The notes below the pieces were generated by a model. That model saw nothing but the letters and a program-made list of their open reading frames with translations, was not told the origin of the DNA and did not search any database. A stretch of 62,245 nucleotides of DNA, filler included, from Malassezia furfur (lineage: Eukaryota), in assembly GCA_052055015.1 (NCBI GenBank). It is 3 parts of 3 records of this genome, joined end to end, with 100 filler letters (N's around TTAATTAATTAA, not from the genome) between each part and the next. Parts side by side here need not be neighbours in the genome. Positions count along the whole stretch, not along the records: positions 1 to 20,876 come from JBQJIT010000174.1; 2 more parts are not named here. One strand, written 5' to 3'. Made by a program: the position numbers and the translations under genes. This document shows positions 1 through 10,975 of this stretch, piece after piece (within the stretch, counting starts at the first letter, position 1; each line of letters starts with the position of its first letter).

Positions 1-1
1 C

Positions 2-283
2 ACGCGCCCGACGCACGCGCCGCACCCCACGCCCTTTGCCACGGCGCACGCGCCCGCGCGCCCCGGCGACGGCGAGGAGGGCAGCAGCTCGTCGAGCTCG
101 GCGTCGAGTGCGCACGACGCGGAGGCGCAGCACGCCCTGCCCATGCTCGCACAGCCGCAGTTTACCTCGCCCGCGCGCTACGACCGCGCGGTGCCCCACC
201 CCCACGCGCACACGCACCACCACCCCGCCTCGTCCCCTCAGCCGTTTCCTCACGGGCACGTGGGGCCCGCGCTCTATAGTTAA
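2..283 (+). CDS. 3' end of a protein-coding gene running in from the window edge (His/Pro-rich C-terminus, function unknown)
   Basis: Open frame from position 2 with typical codon usage (…PGDGEEGSSSSSSASSAHDAEAQHALPMLAQPQFTSPARYDRAVPHPHAHTHHHP…LYS*) ending in TAA at 281-283. Confidence 0.55.
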   Translation, partial: TRPTHAPHPTPFATAHAPARPGDGEEGSSSSSSASSAHDAEAQHALPMLAQPQFTSPARYDRAVPHPHAHTHHHPASSPQPFPHGHVGPALYS

Positions 284-863
284 TGGTCGGTCTGTGTAGG
301 AAGCGCCAACCGCTCCGTGGTGAGACACAGCACATGGTACAATGGCAGGGCCCACACGGCGCCGGCGAGCAGCGCGACGACCTCGTGCGGCGCCGCGCGC
401 GGCAGCACGGGCACGCCACCATCCAGGCCATACAGGTGCGCGGCCCACGAGGCCTGTGCACGCGCATAGAACGCCACGAGCGCCCAGTGCGCGGCGAGCG
501 GCAGGCACCACGCCGCGCCCAGCACCGCGACGTGCGTCGGTGCGGCGTCCGACGCGAGCGCGTACACGGTGAACGCGGTGGATGCGCCAGCCAGTGCAGC
601 CGCGCGCATCGGCACGTACCCAAGCATCCACAGCGCCACCAGCACCCCGACGTTCGCCTGCGTCAGCCTGGAAGAAGACGCACCCATCCATAGCGCACGC
701 CGTAGCGCCGCGCGGTGCGCGGGTGCGCGTCGATCCACGCACTCAGCTGCATGAGTGCCAGCGCTGCATTAGTCTACGCGGAGGACCCACCCAGCGCCAC
801 GACAAGCAGCACCAGCGCGGCGCCCATCACGGCCCCCGCATACCACCCGAGCGCGGTCGGCAT
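280..863 (-). CDS. SVP26: Svp26/TEX261-like ER-Golgi membrane adaptor (2 short introns)
   Basis: Spliced model MPTALGWYAGAVMGAALVLLVVAL|…LMQLSAWIDAHPRTARRYG…|…GAVWALPLYHVLCLTTERLALPT; hydrophobic pattern and C-terminal W-x-x-P…LP motif recall the TEX261 family; 27- and 26-nt introns with CTAAT/CTGAC branch points. Confidence 0.55.
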
Positions 864-886
864 CGAGGTGGAGGCTCCGCGCCGCG

Positions 887-1559
887 ATGGACGCCGCCCG
901 CCCTACGGACGCGTCGCCGCTCGTGCACGCGTTCCCGCGCATTGCGCAGCTCTCGCGTGACGAGCTGCGCGAGCTCGTCGAGACGCCCGCCAACACCCAC
1001 GAGGCGCGCGACCAGGCCGCATACGTCGACGCCTTGCTCCACACGCTCCCCGACGTCCGCGCCCTGTACGATGAGCACGAGCAGCTGCTCCATGACGTCG
1101 AGCTCGCCGCAGGTACGCACGCACGCGTCTGCCTCACACAGCTCAAAACGAGCAGCTGCGCCCCACGCTGCTGGCCCTGCGCGCTCAGACCCGCGCGGCG
1201 TACGATGAGGCATGTGCCGCCGACGCGGCGTGGCCCGCAATCGAGCGCGAAATGGACGAAGCCTACAAGGTTCGTACGCTACTCACTCACGAAGCGCTTC
1301 ACGCCTGCTGCACTACAAACGCGCCTGCAGCTGGCGATGAACGAGGTGCACGACGAGAGCGAGACACTCGCGAACGCCTACGTCGAGGGCCTGCCGACGT
1401 CGGCGGCCGGTGACGTGATCGACGTGCGTTGCACCTACTGCGCTGCTTACCCAGGACACTACGTTCGTTCGGCAGTACCGCGCGCTCCGCACGCTCTACC
1501 ACCGCCGCGCCCTGCTCCTTGAGCAGTGCGCGCGGCAGCGTGTCCAATGGCACCCCTGA
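887..1559 (+). CDS. VPS37: ESCRT-I subunit Vps37 (Mod(r) domain), 3 introns
   Basis: Spliced C-terminus RFTPAALQTRLQLAMNEVHDESETLANAYVEG…FVRQYRALRTLYHRR matches the Mod(r)/Vps37 pattern. Confidence 0.75.
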
Positions 1560-1673
1560 CTCCCAGTTGGGCCCACGTGCGCAGATAACAGGTGGAGGCG
1601 CACGTGTGCTGCGTGCGGCGGCCGGGCCCAGAGCCGCCGGTGGGGCCACGCCCGCCGCCTCTCTCACGGCACC

Positions 1674-2111
1674 ATGTCGACGCAGCCTCTCTTGCAGCGC
1701 ACGGCGGGGAAGCGCATCGCGCTCCCCGTGCGGGTGGAGCCCAAGGTGTTCTTTGCAAACGAACGCACTTGTATGTACTGGCGCATCCTCACGCAGTCCT
1801 CTCCTGGCTCAGCTTCACCGTGACGCTCTCGGCGCTGGCCGCGGGCCTGCTCAACTTCGGCGACAAGGTTGGCCGCGTGAGCGCTGCACTGTTCAGCTTT
1901 GTCGGTACGTTTGCAAATGCGCGTTGGCCGCTTACACACAGCCGTCGCGATCATGCTTTACGCGCTCGTCACCTACCACTGGCGTGCGAACGCGATCCGC
2001 AACCGCGGTAGCGGCCCTTACGACGACCGTCTGGGCCCGACGATCCTCTCAGTGCTCCTGCTCACGGCTATCCTGGTCAACTTTGTGTTGCGCTTCAACG
2101 AGGACGCATAG
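1674..2111 (+). CDS. VTC1: Vacuolar transporter chaperone subunit 1 (polyphosphate VTC complex), 2 introns
   Basis: [37 protein letters not shown]…[23 protein letters not shown] are hallmark Vtc1 motifs. Confidence 0.95.
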
Positions 2112-2241
2112 ACGCGCCGTTGCCCGGCACCCGCCCGGAGGCAGACGGGCAGTACGATAGGTAGAGGATTAGCACAATGCGCGCCCGTTGTCGGTTGACG
2201 CGGGATTGGACACACCGCGGGGTATCTACAATGCCAGTGAC

Positions 2242-2793
2242 CTACGCAATCGTCTTCTGCGCGATGGGATTCGCGTGGATCGTGACGCCTCGCATGCGGA
2301 TCTCGTCAACTGGCCGGTGCTTGGCGTCGACGGGCACTTTTTCCATCGCATCGAGTGTGCCGCCCAGCTCGGCACCATCGATCACCTTGCCAATAATGGT
2401 ATACTTGCCGTCCAGATGCGGCTGCTTGCTGTAGGTAATGAAAAACTGCGGTCAGAGCGCGCGCCGACGCACCTGTGACTTGTTCGTGTTTGGGGCGCTG
2501 TTGGCCATCGCGACGATCCCACGCGCATTAAACTTGAGCGTGGGCCGGATCTCGTCTTCAAATGGCGCGCCCCAGATCGACTCGCCGCCTTTGCCCGTGC
2601 CTGTGGGGTCGCCAGTCTGCGTCAGTATACGACGTACCTGGATCATGAACCCAGCCATGTTCCGGTGCCATTTCACCTCGTCATATACGCCTGCAGCGCA
2701 GAGTCCAAGGAAGTTTTCGGCGGCGCGCGGCACGATCTCGCAAAATACCTCGACCTTGATGTCGCCCAGCGAGGTGTGCAGCGTCACACTCAT
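2242..2793 (-). CDS. PPIL3: Cyclophilin peptidyl-prolyl isomerase, PPIL3/Cyp10 type, 2 introns
   Basis: [19 protein letters not shown]…[20 protein letters not shown]…[30 protein letters not shown]…VTIHANPIA. Confidence 0.9.
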
Positions 2794-2873
2794 CGTCTCG
2801 GTGCGGAGGAAGGCCTCTCGGTGCTTTGTCAGCCCAGGCAATTTCGGCACTTTTGTGCACGGGCGTCGTCGTC

Positions 2874-5800
2874 ATGCACACTGACGACGTCAAAGCGGCG
2901 CTCGACGATGTGGCGATCTTAACGGGCGACCGCGACGCAGGGCTGCGCATTGAGCGTGCACGGCGCTCGCGTGAGCAAATAATGCGCGGCGAAGGCAAAG
3001 AGGGTACGTCAACCGCTCACGCCAGCGGGCATGCAACAAGTGCTGGAACAGCGCTTGCACCACTTTGCACAGACCAACACGTTTCGCAGTGTGTCGCACG
3101 ACCTGCCCCTCGTGCAGCCAGAGGGATGTGAAGCAGACCTCATACAGCTGCAGCGCAATACAGGATGGCTTTCGCTCGCGTCGCTCGCACAACTCCATCA
3201 CCTCGTCGCGCACGCCCCGACTCCTGCCCAACAGGGCAGCGAGCCTGCCGCGCTGCTTGGAGCACGAGACTTGGGCGTCATCAAGCAACTTCTCACTGCA
3301 AGCTTAGCGTGGCTGGTCGTTCCGCTCGTAGAGGCGTACGACGCCGCGTACGGCGTCATGTTTCCCAGCCTGGCCGACAGCGTGTCGGACAAGGCGCGCA
3401 TCCACGAGGTGGGCGAGGACGAGACATTGTGGCACAGCGCCAACATGGGCCTCGTCCGTGTTGCGCGCGTATTTCTTGCGCTGCTGCAGCCGGGTGAGCC
3501 GTCGGCGTCGCACACCGCGCTGCCCGTTTCGCGCGTCGCCCGCACGGACCTAGCGGTGCTGGTCCTGCGCGTCTACTTTGTGGATGTGCTGCGTGTACTT
3601 GTACGCACTTCGTTTGGACCTGCACCGACAGAGTTTGCCGATGATGCACAAGAGGCACAACAGCAGCTACATGCTCTGCTCGAGGCGCTCCCGACGTCGA
3701 TCGACCTGGCTGCACTGCGCAGCGTCCCAGCTGTGAGCGCCCTGTCTGCGCACGTCCGCGACGGGACGCCCCGTATCCCAGCATTTGTGCGCGAGCACTG
3801 CGGGCGCCTTTTGTCCGTTCAGCTGCTGCGCCCCGAGGGTGTGCGCTCGCTGCTGATCGGCGTTTTGGGTGCCAATGAAGCAGATATGCTGAGCGGCGAT
3901 ATTGGCGACGATTTGGGCGATGCCGATAGTACGTCCCTCCCCACCCCCCTGACCCAGCCACATTCAAGCGTTTGGACGGCGCTACCAAGCTTTTGATGAC
4001 GCCGCCCAAGGCCATGGGCCGTGCGGCATACTACGAAGCCATCCTCCCACACGTCCTTTCTGTGCTCGACCCGGTAACGCCGCAGCACACCACTCCCGTC
4101 CATGGCATGCATCGGCGTGCGGCCGCCTTTACCGTCATGCGCATGTATGAGCGCAGCGCCGACGCCGTGAGGACCTCGCTGAGTCCCGTTATTTTCGACG
4201 TGTTGGGTGCCAACCGCGCCTCGGCCGCCGACGTCGACCGCGCGCTGCGTTTGCTGGCCGCTGCGGTGCTGCTCTCGCCACCATCGCCCGACTTTATTCA
4301 GTTCCTCGTGGGCACCAATGCAGCGCGCCTCTTTGCGCTCGACTCCTTTTTGGAGCGAGCGCCTGCGGCCAAAGTGGCCATAGCCGATGAGACGCGGTCG
4401 CTCGAGACCCAGCGGAATGAAGTGCGCGAGGTGCTGCACACTTGGCTCCGTCTTGGTGCGAGTCGCGAGATGGGCCAGACGCTGGGACAGGTGCTCGACA
4501 AGGCGGGGAGCGCCGACACGGCCGGGTGGCAGTCGTCGAGAAACGGTGTACATTTGGTGCCACAAGAGTACGTGAGGTATCTCACCCAGCCCTGCGATGG
4601 CCAACGAGGCAAGCGTTCGCGCCTTTTTTGACTCGGGTATGCTTGAGGTTGAGCCGGTGGTGTCCCTGGACCAGGACGCCGAACCGCGCCTCCCTCCGGA
4701 CCTGATGCGCTCTCTCGCCTTTCCGATCCAGCCACAGCGGCTTGCTGCGCTATTGAAGCGCGCCGACCGCAAAGATGTGGCGAGCGAGCTACTAGTGCGC
4801 ACCCTCGAGGGTTATGCCCGTGCGCAGAAGCAGAGCGAAGCACAGGTCACGGTCGGCGATGTGAGCATTGCTGAGCTCGAGCGACAGGCGGTCTTCAATT
4901 TGCAACTTATGGGCCAGCTGCTCGAGAACTTTGGCTCGGAGCTACTCAATGGCGATCTGGATCGCATCTTGCATTTTATTGACTATGCGTGTACGCAACC
5001 AGCACATGAACCGAGCCAGGAGCAAGGGAACATGGCGTCACTGCTGAACATTCAGCACGGCTCATCGGACACTGTGCCCGCCCACGACTGGGAGCTCATC
5101 ACCACGGCGTTGAATCTGCTTCTCTCCCTGCTCGAGGGCAACCCTACCGTCACGCCCCAGACCACGCCCATGCTCCACGTGCTTCGTGCAAAGGTCGAGC
5201 ACCTGCGCGATGCACCTAGCGCCGATGTCCGCTCGCTCAGTCAAGAGGTTGTCCTGGTGCTCACCGCACGCGAAAAACAGGCTGCACCGACCGTGGCTAA
5301 CGAGCAGCCCAAGTATCTCGAGGTGTACCAAGAAGCGCTGCGGTATCTACAGGACCCCATCATCCCGGTCCGTGCGCACGGTCTGCACCTCCTAGCCCAG
5401 CTAGTGTCCAAAGACACTCGCGACGTATCGTACGGAAACACCCTGGACCCGGCACTCCTGCCGGCCATCTTCGATATTTTCGTTCATGCCATCCAAGACG
5501 AAGAGAGTTTCTTATACCTGAATGCTGTCAAGGGGCTTGCCCAAATGACGGCGCATTGGCGCGACGTGACGCTTCGGCCTCTCATGGCTCTGTATGTTGG
5601 CGGCGAAAAGACGGAAACGAGCATGACGCGCGCTTTGGCCTATGGACAGGAGCTGTCCCAGCGCGAAACAGACAAGCGATTGCGGATTGGCGAAGCCATA
5701 CTGCAAGTCCTCCAGCACTGTGGTGAAGCCATCACGCCGGCCGTGGACATGATTGTGAATCCGCTTCTCACGGGCGTGCGCAATCCTCGGTTCTCCGCGA

Positions 5801-6447
5801 CATTGCGCAGCTCGTTCATCTCCATCCTGGGAACCTGTGTGGAATTTGCGCCAACCGCACTTGCCTCCAGTGGTGCATCCAACGAGATGGTGCAGCTGTG
5901 CAACGACTTGGTGAAGATGGAAAGTGTGCCTCGATCTATGATGCATAAAAGCGCCGTCACCGGTCACGTAATGGGCCGCGACGAGCACGGAAACACAAAA
6001 ATTATGCCTCTCGATGAAGAAGAAGAAAAGGAACAACGCCACGAACGCGAAGCTCGTGCAGGGATTGATGTGGACCCCAAACTACCCCAACTACGTCGCT
6101 CCGCCTTACTGCTCCTTGCAGTCCTTTTGCGTTCGACCCGACATCAGCTCGAAGCCTTTGTGGAAGATCGGAGCCGAGAAATGGAATCAGATGGGCCGGA
6201 CACGCTAACCTCCCTGCGCCTACCGGGCGGCACTATGCTTCCCGACACGGGGACGAAGAAGAAGAGCCGTGCGGTACCCGCGCTTCTCGTTTCGCTGGAT
6301 GCAGCCCGTCACATTCTTCCGACGGTTTCCTATGCAGAAAGCAAAGACGTGGATGCGCTCGTTCAGCAGCAGGCACGAGATTGCATCCAAGAGGTCCAAA
6401 TGCTCGAAGCCACCTATGTCACGGCGCACGCTGCGGGACTCTCCTAG
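2874..6447 (+). CDS. RTP1: Rtp1/TANGO6-like HEAT-repeat RNA polymerase II nuclear import/assembly factor (about 3 introns)
   Basis: Long helical protein with LQDPIIPVRAHGL…DEESFLYLNAVKGL and DKRLRIGEA motifs typical of the RTP1 C-terminal domains; short introns (e.g. 4568-4589) join the ORF segments. Confidence 0.8.
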
Positions 6448-7166
6448 TCCTCCACATAGCCATCCCCGCAATGCAGTACGCTTGCCAAAAAAAATTATGA
6501 CACGTGCGCGTACCGTGAGATGTCACAGCCACATGGACCGGCAAAATTTCGATAAGACGTCGTACCCCAGGGTTACACCAAGCTCTTCTTGTACGCATAG
6601 CTCCCCTTCGATTAGAATCACACTGCCAGCAAAGTATGCGGTAAATTGAGGCTGCATAGCCATAGTACAAAGCCTACTTGGACACATTGATCGCGATTTT
6701 CTTTGTCAAAGGGCACAAGTAACACTCGCACTGCGCCCATCTTGTCGGCCAGTTCCGACTATCTAGCTATGGCACTCGGGCTGGTATTGTCAAAGCTTCC
6801 GGACGATTCGCCTCTCCTGCACCATTTATCTGTTCGAGTATGTTCGCTTTGATCGAGCCGTGTCACGCATCGGTTCTACACCGAGGTACAGCCCGGGGAA
6901 AGATGCACCGTGACAAACGTCACAGGTCCATGGACCGATCGACGCCAACGGGGCCTTGTGAATATGCATCGAAGTCCCCGTGTCAACTTTAATTGGCCTT
7001 ATTGCGCACGTGAGGCGCGGGGCCGCATACACTTTTCCCAACGTGCAGCACGTCCACATTATTGCCTGGCCTGTTCGCGCCAAATTCACCGTGGTTGACA
7101 CGGAAAACAGTCGACCTGTGGCGCCGCATAGCATCTTTCTTCCTTACCCTTCCCACGTCTGCCAAG

Positions 7167-8217
7167 ATGTCGACGACAGCTTTCCAGCCACCTATGCCCG
7201 AGTGCTGGTAGGTTCAATCCACTCACGCGCAGGGGCCACCGCGGTGCCTCGGCGGCATTTCCTGAGAACACGCTGGCCTCGTTCGAACAGGCCATCCGTG
7301 ATGGATCGGAAGGGATCGAGAGTGGTATGTGATCGCACTTATGCAGACGTCCATGTGACTGCCGATGACACGCTCGTGATGTTCCACGATACGACGCTCG
7401 ACCGGACAACCAACAGCAAGGGCGCGCTGGCGCGCAGGCCCTACTATGGCCCGGACGGTATCGAGCATGTCCGCACGATTGAAAAGCCCGTGCAGCAGAT
7501 TCCGACGTTTGATCAGCTGTGTGAGTTACTGATGAAGGAGGAGAACCGCCATGTGAAGCTCAATGTACGTCTTATCGGTAGCTAACCCAGGTCGATATCA
7601 AGCCGGACAATGACCCTGAGCGGCTCTTCCCCCTGATGGACAAGATTGTGCGCAAGTTCCCCGGCTATGAGAAGGAGCTGGCGCCGCGGCTGATCCTCGG
7701 TCTGTGGCACCCCAAGTTTTTGGCACCTGCGAAAAAGCATGTGCCCACGCTCTTCCGAGCGCACATTGGTGCTTCGCCGGCAGATGCGCTCAAGTACTTC
7801 TGGGACGACTGTGGTGCCTTTTCGCTCTGCTTCCCAGCGCTGGTCACCGGCGAGGGCCAAGCTTTCCTGAAGCGCGCCAAGGAGGCAAACAAGGATGTGA
7901 TGGTCTGGACCGTTAACCGCATCGACGAGATGATTGAGGCGACGCGCTGGGGCGTCAAGGCCATTATCACGGACCGCACCGATGTGCTACACAAGCTGCG
8001 TGAGGAGATGGCCCAGGACTTTGTCGCCACGGAGAAGAAATACGTCAGTCCGTGGTTCCGCTGGGCGAACTACCGTTACTATACACCGACGGCATGGATG
8101 TATGGCCAAATGTGCTCCCACAATGTCGAGGAGCGTGCGGGTGTACGTACAGAATGACTCACTCAGATCACCTATGCTCAGAGTGCCCAGCAGGCCCGTG
8201 CGGCGGCGGCGTCATAG
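7167..8217 (+). CDS. Glycerophosphodiester phosphodiesterase (Pgc1/GDPD-like), 4 short introns
   Basis: Spliced ECW|GHRGASAAFPENTLASFEQAIRDGSEGIES|DVHVTADDTLVMFHD…VMVWTVN…AIITD contains the GDPD catalytic motifs. Confidence 0.88.
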
Positions 8218-8252
8218 TCATGTGATTGTACAAGTGCGTTGTGTTCTCCACC

Positions 8253-9407
8253 ATGTGGATGCTCCGCGCGGCGGTGATGGTGCTGGTGAGCGCTTGGGCG
8301 GCGCTTGCGCTGCCCAGCGTCCCCAAGGACGTTTCTCGTTTTCCTGATGACCTCTTGCAACCGCTGCCGGTGGTGATTTGGCACGGTCTGGGCGACTCAG
8401 CTTACTCGCCTTGGTTGCTAAAGCTGAAAGAGCACATTGAGACTATATATCCCGGCATCTTTGTGCATCTTGTGGCCATCAAGCCGACGCTCTTCTCTGA
8501 CCAGCGTGCAACAGTGTTTGGTAATGTCAATGACCAGATCGATTTGGTGCACCGCGAGCTGAACGCGATCCCCGAACTACGCCATGGCTTTGACGCTGTG
8601 GGCTTCTCCCAGGGCGGGCAATTTATGCGCGGCTATGTCGAGCGTTACAATGCACCACGGGTGCGCAACCTGATCACTTTTGGCTCGCAGCATATGGGCA
8701 TCACGGACCTGCCCGCATGTCAGCCCTTCGACGCGCTGTGCCGCACCGTGCATGGGGTGCTGATGGGCCGTGTGTACTCCGACTATGCACAAAAGAGCCT
8801 CGTCACGGCGCAATACTTCCGCGACACGCGCACGGAGGAGCAATTTGCGCTGTACAAGGAGCGTAACAAGTTTCTGTACGACATCAACAATGAGGGACCC
8901 TGGAAGAACGCCACCTACAAGGCCAACTTGGAGCGCCTCGACAAATTCGTCATGGTCAAATTCTCGGAAGAGAGCACCGTCGTACCGGCCGCCTCATCTT
9001 GGTTCGCCGCGTACCCGGACCCCGATCACCACGAGGGGTGCACAAACGAAACGACACCCCTGCGTCAGAGTGCCCTGTACGAAGAAGACTGGGTCGGAAT
9101 GCGAGCGCTCGACCGAAAAGGCGCGCTTGCATTCCACGAGTGCCCCGGCATACATATGCACCTCAGCCAAGAGTGTCTTGCACTGACCTTTGGACAGTAC
9201 ATCGGCCGCCCGCGCGTGGTGCGTCCGTGGCTGGAGCACGTCCATCCCTGTCATGCTGCAACCGCTTCGACCGCTGTGCTTCTATGCAGCTGTATTATAT
9301 TTGTTCTGGTCGGCCTTGGATTATGGCGCGCGCGGTCCCGGCGTGCTCCAGAGCATGGTCCTATACATCTCATGTCTGAGACGCCGAGCGAGGAGAAGAG
9401 CTATTAG
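8253..9407 (+). CDS. PPT1: Palmitoyl-protein thioesterase 1 with signal peptide and C-terminal TM segment
   Basis: PLPVVIWHGLGDS, GFSQGGQFMR nucleophile elbow, LITFGSQHMG, AQYFRD, PGIHM. Confidence 0.9.
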   Translation: MWMLRAAVMVLVSAWAALALPSVPKDVSRFPDDLLQPLPVVIWHGLGDSAYSPWLLKLKEHIETIYPGIFVHLVAIKPTLFSDQRATVFGNVNDQIDLVHRELNAIPELRHGFDAVGFSQGGQFMRGYVERYNAPRVRNLITFGSQHMGITDLPACQPFDALCRTVHGVLMGRVYSDYAQKSLVTAQYFRDTRTEEQFALYKERNKFLYDINNEGPWKNATYKANLERLDKFVMVKFSEESTVVPAASSWFAAYPDPDHHEGCTNETTPLRQSALYEEDWVGMRALDRKGALAFHECPGIHMHLSQECLALTFGQYIGRPRVVRPWLEHVHPCHAATASTAVLLCSCIIFVLVGLGLWRARSRRAPEHGPIHLMSETPSEEKSY

Positions 9408-10923
9408 AGCTTCTTGGGTCGGTTGGGCAGCTCCACCTGGGTCTGATGGAAAGGCTTCAAGGCTCGCCCCAGCCCCAGCCAGAAGGCCGCCAGGGAGACA
9501 GCGAGGATCACAAATCCATAGTAATCGGCGCTCTTCCATGCACGCAGTGTTGAACTGAGGTCAAGGGTGAGGAACGAGATCACTGCGAAGTCGACGGTGA
9601 TTTGCGTTGCGAGGATGGAACAGATCGAATACAGCACCTGGAGTGGCGTGTATTTCCGGAACGTGCGCAACGTCGGATCCGGCGTGCGAATGTTGGCAAA
9701 GAATACGGGACGCAGCGATTTGCGCAAGAGCCGCGCAATGTACTGGTAGAAACCAGCGATAATAAAGGTCATGTAATATCCCAACGAGATCCCGTGCCAG
9801 AATGCACTGACCATGAAGGTCACCATCATGCTCTTGAAGCCTGGGCGCTTTCCTGGCTTGGCGACACGCTTGTATACATTCTCACGGAGCCACACATTCG
9901 TGTTGGAGTTCCACGCATCCAGCAGCTCCTTCCAGTTGTTTGCTAGCATCACGCCGCGCACCGACACGTTTTTGCACCGCGTCCAGATCGGCTTCTTGGT
10001 CACCGGATCCTCGCCCACGTAGCCCAGACCTGACATGACGCATGCGGCATCCGACATCGCCCAAAGCCCAAAGTAGCGGAAGCGCACAAACACGCCAGCC
10101 ACTTGGACAAAGCCGAAGCGGTGCCAGAACGAGGTCGTCTGCAGCACATCGTTGGGGTCCGCGAGGCGCTGGTAGCTGAACTGCTCCATCGAATAGCCCT
10201 GCATGCCAAGGGCCAGCGTACCAAACGCCATGCTCTTGAGCGAGTGTACGAAACCGCCAGGCGGCGGCAGACTCCGCGGTGCATAGATTTCGTTCTTGGC
10301 CCAGCGATGGTAATCAGCAAACCGCGTCGAGGGTCCCACAAGCACACCCGGGAAATAGAAGCTGGTTCAGTACGGTGCGTGCGTACCAGTATCCGAAAAA
10401 CTCGAGCAGCGAAGGCATCTGCGTAATCTTACTCGCCCGTTGCGTCTCGTCCAGCTCCTTGACAGAGCGCATCTGCCCATCGTAGCAGCTCCATGCAAAG
10501 GAAGTCAAGTTCATGCACAAGACCATGTGCATTGCCGAGATCTCCACGGTGGTGAGCGGGACGTCGTTGAGCTGGCGCACGAGATGGCTAGGTGAGTTCA
10601 GCGACGTACGTGTAGAGCATGTGCGCCATTTCAAACATGAATGCAACCCATGGCATACGTTTCCCGCCAATGCGGAAGTACACAATCAGGTAGACCACCA
10701 GCGAGGTTGCCACGAGCTGCACGGTGCCGCTGTACAGATGCAGCACCCCCGACAGGAAGAACAGCGACACGCTGATGTTCATCACATGGCGCAGCGATGC
10801 CGATGGAAGCCGCGGCAAAATGGGGCTTAACACATAGGCCAGCAGTAGACATCCTACAAGCTTGATATAGTCTGGCGGGATCTCGAACTGCTCCGAGATC
10901 CAATGAGCCGTACGATCAATCAT
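9404..10923 (-). CDS. ALE1: MBOAT lysophospholipid acyltransferase, 2 introns
   Basis: AWSCYDG, PSLLEFFGY, LVGP, WNSNTNVWLRENVYKR and TFMVSAFWHG MBOAT motifs. Confidence 0.9.
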
Positions 10924-10975
10924 GGTGGAAGGCCGGGAGCCAACACTTCGGGTCGGCCGAATGCACGGGCCAAGC

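Noticed and set aside
6921..7120. RNase MRP/P RNA (GAAGTCCCC resembles CR-I), telomerase RNA, or TPP riboswitch
   Set aside because: No properly placed CR-V partner, no convincing template, no TPP core motifs
6448..7166. Centromere candidate
   Set aside because: Only moderately AT-enriched and short; described Malassezia centromere cores are much more AT-rich
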